From contig JAQUUC010000005.1 of assembly GCA_028694105.1 (NCBI GenBank), positions 37,700 through 101,699 of the forward strand: a DNA stretch of 64,000 bases. The letters run 5' to 3'. The notes beneath the pieces are model-generated. The model was given only the letters and a program-made list of their open reading frames with translations. It searched no databases and was not told the origin of the DNA. The number at the start of each line of letters is the position of its first letter. The first letter of the stretch is position 1. The stretch comes from Hespellia sp. (GTDB lineage Bacteria; Bacillota; Clostridia; Lachnospirales; Lachnospiraceae). Below, piece after piece: positions 59,071 to 64,000 of this stretch. Both the position numbers and the translations under genes were made by a program.

Positions 59071-59130
59071 AAGTATCTCATACTTACCGGAAATTCTATG
59101 GAAACGAAAGTTTCCTGAGTAGAATTTCCG
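59071..59130. other. Two-hairpin structure between the HK stop and the TA promoter
   Basis: aagtat-ctc-atactt, then cggaaattcta-t-ggaaac-gaaa-gtttcc-tgag-tagaatttccg. Confidence 0.6.
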
Positions 59131-59148
59131 AATTTACAATAACATTAT

Positions 59149-60567
59149 TTAGGGGCGATTGTCAACCGGTAACTGAATTGTGAATTGGTTCTTTCCCTCT
59201 GCATAACAGTAAGTAAAATCCCCATCCAGTTTTCTTACAATTTTCCTTGCAATTGCAAGTCCAAGTCCGGTTCCTCCTTTTGAGGTTCTGGCTTCATCCC
59301 CGCGTACAAATGGATCAAACAGAATAGGAATCAGCTCCTCTGCTATGGCTTGACCATCATCTAAAACTATAATCTTAGCTTTCCCCGCTTTCTCACTTAC
59401 CGTGATCCATGCGCCCTGTCCATCCTGATTATATTTCACAATATTTTCCAAAAGATTCTCAATCACTCTCGCGAACTCTTTTCGATCAATCTCTGCACAG
59501 ATTGCATTTTCTGGAATGTCAATATGCATCTCTATCCCCTGCCGCTCCATCTCCTCATAGTAGAACGCGCAAAGTGATCGCATCAGCTCACACAAATCCA
59601 TTTCTTTTTTGTCAAATGTATACGACGGATTATCCAGTTTTAAAAGTAAAAACATTTCATTTACAAGCACATCCACACGTTCTGCTTTCTGGTCAATGAT
59701 GCGGTAACATTCCTCGAGCTTTTCCCTTTCTACCAGCCCTTCTTCCAATGCATTTGCATAACTTTTTATTGTTGCAACCGGTGTCTTGATATCGTGGGAA
59801 AGTTCCAAAAGCATCCGATCCTTCTTCATCTCATTGACTCGTTTCTCTCGTTTTTCTTCTTCTAATCGCGCGGTCATTGTGTTGAAATTATCCCGTATTT
59901 CGTCAAATTCCCTCTGTGCCTTAAAATCAATCCGCACCTGATCCACTCCATGCTCGATCACCTGTTCCATTCCCTCGGTAATCGCTTTGAGCGGCTTGCG
60001 GATTCTCCTCGAAAGATAACTGCTCATTAAAAAACAGTTCGCAGCAAAAAACAGCAGAAAAAGCAGAATGAAACTTCCTATAAGCTTTTCCCACCGACCA
60101 TGATTTCCTACATTGTAGGTATGGGTGAGCGTCATTACGTCACGCGGCATTTTCACCAAATAATAGACCGTCTCACCGTCTTTCTTTACGGTCCGCATAA
60201 ACCCGCGGTAAGTGCTCGCCGATGAGTCTGTTTCTACTATATTGTCGGTGATCAGATACTCATATATTTGTTCCTGCGTGTAGACCTCCGGTTGATCCTG
60301 CTTCTGCCCATACACATCCTGCACACGATAGTCACTGTCCAGCTTTTCAATCCACCCGCCCATATCCTTAAGATTGCTGATATCCTTCACATTTCCATTT
60401 GCGTCCACCATCTTATAAGGCGCCAGCGTATCGATATTTCCCTTTCCAACACTAAGCAAAACACCAAATAAACATGCGTATATTCCTGCCACCAAAAGCA
60501 CCGAAAAAAGGACATAGCTTCCCACTAACTGTCGAAATACGCTGCCCGACTTTTTTTGTTTTCTCAT
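59149..60567 (-). CDS. Sensor histidine kinase (HAMP + HisKA + HATPase)
   Basis: Two TM helices, LSHDIKTPV (H-box), NLLENIVKY, DDG, LFDPF, GTGLGLAI. Confidence 0.93.
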   Translation of the reverse strand: MRKQKKSGSVFRQLVGSYVLFSVLLVAGIYACLFGVLLSVGKGNIDTLAPYKMVDANGNVKDISNLKDMGGWIEKLDSDYRVQDVYGQKQDQPEVYTQEQIYEYLITDNIVETDSSASTYRGFMRTVKKDGETVYYLVKMPRDVMTLTHTYNVGNHGRWEKLIGSFILLFLLFFAANCFLMSSYLSRRIRKPLKAITEGMEQVIEHGVDQVRIDFKAQREFDEIRDNFNTMTARLEEEKREKRVNEMKKDRMLLELSHDIKTPVATIKSYANALEEGLVEREKLEECYRIIDQKAERVDVLVNEMFLLLKLDNPSYTFDKKEMDLCELMRSLCAFYYEEMERQGIEMHIDIPENAICAEIDRKEFARVIENLLENIVKYNQDGQGAWITVSEKAGKAKIIVLDDGQAIAEELIPILFDPFVRGDEARTSKGGTGLGLAIARKIVRKLDGDFTYCYAEGKNQFTIQLPVDNRP

Positions 60568-61265
60568 TCTGCATCCCTTTCCAGTTTGTATCCAAGTCCT
60601 TTGACTGTTTTAATGAACCCTTCCTGCCCCGAAAATGCTTCCAGTTTCCCCCGCAGATTACTGATGTGCACCATCACCGTGTTCGCATCCCCCGCATAAG
60701 GATCTTCCCATACCTGCTCAAAAATCTGTTGTTTCGTGTAAATTCTTCCGGGCTGTTCCATAAAAAGTTTCAGGATTTTGAATTCTGTAGATGTGAGCTC
60801 CATCTCTTTTTCTCCGCACATGACCGTTCCTTCATCCGAATTCATGACCAGACCTTTTGTCTGCAGACATTTCATTTCTCTGGCTTGGGTTTCCCGGTAA
60901 TCATAATTTCTTCGCAGCTGTGCTTTGATTCTTGCCACTACTTCCAGCGGATTATAAGGCTTGGTAATATAATCGTCAGCTCCCAGCTCCAATCCCAGAA
61001 TCTTGTCATAATCTTCATTTTTTGCAGTTAACATAATTGCCGGAATCTTGCTGGTCTCGCGAATTTTTCTAAGAACCGAGTACCCGTCCAATGCCGGCAT
61101 CATAATATCCAGAAGCACCAGATGGATTTCCTCTCTGCGAAATACCTCCATTGCCTCAATTCCATCTTTTGCCTTTCTGATTCCAATCTGTTCTCTATGC
61201 AAATATAATTCCAATACGTCCAGAAGCTCCATCTCATCATCCGCAGCTAAAATTGTATAATCCAT
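60564..61265 (-). CDS. OmpR-family response regulator
   Basis: ADDE, LLDIMMP.LDG, GADDYITKP, winged HTH ...TVMVHISNLR.K...IKTVKGLGY. Confidence 0.95.
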   Translation of the reverse strand: MDYTILAADDEMELLDVLELYLHREQIGIRKAKDGIEAMEVFRREEIHLVLLDIMMPALDGYSVLRKIRETSKIPAIMLTAKNEDYDKILGLELGADDYITKPYNPLEVVARIKAQLRRNYDYRETQAREMKCLQTKGLVMNSDEGTVMCGEKEMELTSTEFKILKLFMEQPGRIYTKQQIFEQVWEDPYAGDANTVMVHISNLRGKLEAFSGQEGFIKTVKGLGYKLERDAE

Positions 61266-61293
61266 CCTCTTCTCCCCATCTCTATTTCGGTTT

Positions 61294-62229
61294 CTATTTC
61301 ACTGCTTCATCCAGCAGTTCGTCTAAGCTTTTGGTGAAATCCAGTTGTTCTTTCCAATCCGGAGCCAGCACATCCAGTATCAGGCATTTTGCCATGCCCG
61401 TGCGATAAAGGCTTCCCCGTCCGCTCATATAGGTACCCAGTGTATCTATGTAACGTGTTTGATATTCACGGTCCCCTTTTTGCTGTCTTAGCACATTTGA
61501 TTCCACATAATATGCCGTTCCTTCTGTCAGTTCACTTTGAAGTTCCGCTGCAATTGCCTGCTCTGACATTTGACTTCTGCGCGCATCTGCAAGCTCTCTA
61601 TATTCTAATACAGCCTCCTTGATTTCGTCAATGTTTCCCGCTGACATGTCGCTGCTCAAGACGAGTTTCTTCCATCCTTTCATCTCGTTCTTGAACTGAT
61701 TCTTCCGCACTTCCTTTTGATCCATCTCTTTTGCCGTGATTGATTTCCCCAATATCTGAAAATTACTTAACTGCCATGCATGGAACGCTTCATGCCAGAT
61801 GGTTGCAATCTGTTCTTCTTGTCCATATCCGCTGCCCGTCACCATTCCTTCCACCCCGCCAACAAGTGACAGTACACTTTCCATGCGCTCCATTGTAGGA
61901 ATGATGACTTCAAAATGATCTTCCACCGGATAGACCGTTCCTGCAAATGTCTCAAGAACCGGTTCCCTTTTTGTAATTTCCCCTTTATAAAATACATAGT
62001 CCGATTCTCCGTCATACATGGAAACCGGATAATCAGCAAGCGTAAATTCCTGAAATCCGATTTTATCTACTTCCGTCTGCCGGTCCAATGCCTTTTGATA
62101 GATTTTCTGATCCTGCGTGCTCGCGCCTGCGCTGCCCGTCAGAAAATATCCGGTTACCAATGCAACTCCCACAATACCCGCAGCCACTTTCCCGGCAGTG
62201 AGTTTCCTTGTATTTCCTTTCCTATTCAT
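61294..62229 (-). CDS. Membrane-anchored/exported protein with HEXXH and EG.A.Y motifs (gluzincin-like metallopeptidase candidate)
   Basis: N-terminal hydrophobic helix, TIWHEAFHAWQ, downstream ELTEGTAYYVE. Start set at ATG 62229 (AAGGAGG RBS). Confidence 0.6.
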   Translation of the reverse strand: MNRKGNTRKLTAGKVAAGIVGVALVTGYFLTGSAGASTQDQKIYQKALDRQTEVDKIGFQEFTLADYPVSMYDGESDYVFYKGEITKREPVLETFAGTVYPVEDHFEVIIPTMERMESVLSLVGGVEGMVTGSGYGQEEQIATIWHEAFHAWQLSNFQILGKSITAKEMDQKEVRKNQFKNEMKGWKKLVLSSDMSAGNIDEIKEAVLEYRELADARRSQMSEQAIAAELQSELTEGTAYYVESNVLRQQKGDREYQTRYIDTLGTYMSGRGSLYRTGMAKCLILDVLAPDWKEQLDFTKSLDELLDEAVK

Positions 62230-62231
62230 GC

Positions 62232-62987
62232 CTACGCCTCCTTTTTGCGGATGAGATACAGCAGCACAACGCAAAAGTAAATCACCAGACTGCCCGCCAA
62301 CACACGATGTATTTCGATCTCTTTTCCCAGAAGCAACTTGGATGCCTGCTGTTGTACGGAATACAAATCAGGCATCACAAACAAAACACCTCTTATTAAC
62401 TGCCTTGCGACCCCGGACAGAATTCCGGATAGAGTTTCTAGTACAGGATATCCGATTGCTGCCAGCATACAGCCCACACAGACCACTCCGGCTGCCATCC
62501 CCGGAAGTACCAGACTAATCGCACTGGTAAATAAACTGACTGCGGCTGTGCTGATTGCAAATAATCCAAATGCCGGTATTCCTTTCACAAGCACAGACAT
62601 TTCCCCCTTCATCACGGCAAACACGATGACTGCGCTATATAGAATCAACAGTGCCCCCAGCGAGCTCACCACATTTGCCATTGCAAGCTGACTGTGATAC
62701 TTCCACTGACTGACGCCGCGAATCCAGACCAAATGGCTGGTCTTTCGTTCATATTCATTCGGAATTGTTCTCAAACTAAGGGCAATGGCGATTGCCCCGC
62801 CCAGCACGGAACTAATATTCAGAACCAGTGGCATCATGATTTTAAACTCCGTCACCGCCACCCCATTGACGGAAAGCGTTGCAGCTCCACTCATACACAT
62901 CATGACAATCAATATTCCAATTGCTATGATCACATAAATATCTTTTCTTCTTATCCGTTCACGCAATGCATTTTTCATAATTCCCAT
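62232..62987 (-). CDS. ABC-2-type exporter permease
   Basis: About 6 TM helices, IPNEYERKTSHLVWIRGVS (ABC-2-like loop). Start set at ATG 62987. Confidence 0.8.
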   Translation of the reverse strand: MGIMKNALRERIRRKDIYVIIAIGILIVMMCMSGAATLSVNGVAVTEFKIMMPLVLNISSVLGGAIAIALSLRTIPNEYERKTSHLVWIRGVSQWKYHSQLAMANVVSSLGALLILYSAVIVFAVMKGEMSVLVKGIPAFGLFAISTAAVSLFTSAISLVLPGMAAGVVCVGCMLAAIGYPVLETLSGILSGVARQLIRGVLFVMPDLYSVQQQASKLLLGKEIEIHRVLAGSLVIYFCVVLLYLIRKKEA

Positions 62988-62989
62988 GT

Positions 62990-63667
62990 TCAAATCCCTC
63001 CAATTTGATCCAGAAATATTTCTTCCAGCCCTCTGGTCTCTTTTTCCTTTTCCCACTGATAAATCAAATTCCCCTTCTTCAGGATGATGCCCCGATCACA
63101 GACATGCTCTATGTCATTTAATATATGGGAATTAATAATGATTGTCTTTCCTTCCTCTTTCAGTTTCTTAATTGTATGGATGATCTCCACACGTCCCAGT
63201 GCATCAAGTCCTGCCGTTGGCTCATCCAGAATCAATAGCTGCGGATCTCCCAAAAGTGCCTGCGCAAGCGCCAGCCTCTGGAGCATTCCTTTGGAATAAT
63301 GCTTCACCTTTGTTTTGCCGTCTTCCAGACCTGCCTGTTCCATCAGCATCGGAATCTGCTGTTTTAATTCCGATTTTGAAATCTTCTGAAGACCTCCATA
63401 GAATTCCAACACCTCTCTCCCATTCAAAAACGGATGAAAGTAAGGTGTCTCCGGAGAATAGCCGATTCGAATGCCTTCTGTAAGTTCCACGCTCCCCTCA
63501 TCCTTTGGAATCAGACCCAGAATCATCTTGATGGTGGTTGTCTTACCTGCCCCATTACTGCCAAGTAACGCAAACGCCTCCCCCTGAAGAACAGAAAAAC
63601 TCAATTGATTGACTACACACTGCTTTTGATATGTTTTTTTCAGATTACTGCATGATAGCATATTCAT
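62990..63667 (-). CDS. ABC transporter ATP-binding protein (exporter type)
   Basis: GSNGAGKTT, YSKGMLQR, LILDEPT, SHIL. Confidence 0.95.
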   Translation of the reverse strand: MNMLSCSNLKKTYQKQCVVNQLSFSVLQGEAFALLGSNGAGKTTTIKMILGLIPKDEGSVELTEGIRIGYSPETPYFHPFLNGREVLEFYGGLQKISKSELKQQIPMLMEQAGLEDGKTKVKHYSKGMLQRLALAQALLGDPQLLILDEPTAGLDALGRVEIIHTIKKLKEEGKTIIINSHILNDIEHVCDRGIILKKGNLIYQWEKEKETRGLEEIFLDQIGGI

Positions 63668-63699
63668 ATGACGTCACTTCCTTTTTCTAAGATATGTTT

Positions 63700-63755
63700 A
63701 TGATAGAAAAGGCAGATGAAAAGAACATAAAGAGAACCATAAGATAAGCTTAAGA
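63700..63755 (-). promoter_or_regulatory. OmpR/PhoB-type activated promoter: three tandem 11-bp boxes and a -10
   Basis: Minus strand tcttaagctta / tcttatggttc / tctttatgttc (63755-63723), then 17 nt, then TATCAT (63705-63700). Confidence 0.6.
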
Positions 63756-63914
63756 TTTGAGATGTATCATCCGGCTCGCAAATAACCTTATTATGACGGC
63801 AATCAAAAAAGACAGCCGCCCTGCTCCGTGAAGAGTCTTGGACAACTGCCTTTATCATAACATCCTATTTCCGAATCAGATGGAATGCACCTGATCGTTT
63901 TATTTCATTTTATC

Positions 63915-64000
63915 TTAGAACTTGCCTTCGTCAGCTGCCTGCTGTACAGAAACAGCTACTGCAACTGTCATACCAACCATCGGGTTGTTACCAGCGCCGA
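63915..64000 (-). CDS. GGGtGRT protein, C-terminal end (5' part outside window)
   Basis: Translates as ...GAGNNPMVGMTVAVAVSVQQAADEGKF*, matching the C-terminus I recall for the clostridial GGGtGRT family. Confidence 0.7.
   Translation of the reverse strand, partial: GAGNNPMVGMTVAVAVSVQQAADEGKF

Noticed and set aside
59088-59130. Hammerhead ribozyme or c-di-GMP riboswitch (GAAA-capped stem)
   Set aside because: Lacks the CUGANGA core and the GEMM consensus.
63664-63858. 64-aa ORF upstream of the ABC ATPase
   Set aside because: Runs through the predicted promoter boxes and has no recognisable features. The region is better explained as regulatory.

Overview
A 64 kb stretch of a Lachnospiraceae-like (Clostridia, probably gut) chromosome, mostly on the minus strand and dominated by carbohydrate metabolism. 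In order: (1) a partial AraC gene and a lipoprotein. (2) An AraC-associated six-gene operon: class II aldolase, FGGY kinase, GatD-like dehydrogenase, PfkB kinase, aldo-keto reductase and a 1145-aa wall-anchored glycosidase-like protein. It has no PTS or other transporter gene. (3) A second RpoD-like sigma factor, a PcsB/3D-like cell-wall protein and a stand-alone fucI. (4) A TetR/MMPL/secreted coiled-coil module with three visible operators. (5) deoB-cdd-punA, a degenerate PRTase and a 285-bp fold-back element. (6) ilvN-ilvC, an ABC-F gene and galE. (7) A GNB/LNB (GH112 lnpA) locus with a GH95-like gene, a HexNAc-kinase-like gene, a nucleotidyltransferase, an ABC importer and a 59-aa ORF missing from the ORF track. 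(8) A ~16-kb GH78/GH3/GH78/GH35-like/GH1 + ABC + two-component cassette lying between an intact SGNH esterase gene and a decayed copy of the same gene. (9) An Rpn-like C-terminal remnant and a HigBA-type toxin-antitoxin pair. (10) An OmpR/HK + ABC + HEXXH peptidase-like module with tandem 11-bp boxes, then the 3' end of a GGGtGRT gene. I saw no rRNA, tRNA, CRISPR array, intact IS or prophage. The strongest candidates for undescribed biology are the transporter-less route into tagatose-6-P (possibly L-galactose via FucI), the repeat-bracketed rhamno-glycoside cassette, the fold-back element and the orphan RpnS-like ORF. All family calls come from motifs recognised by eye; no searches were run.
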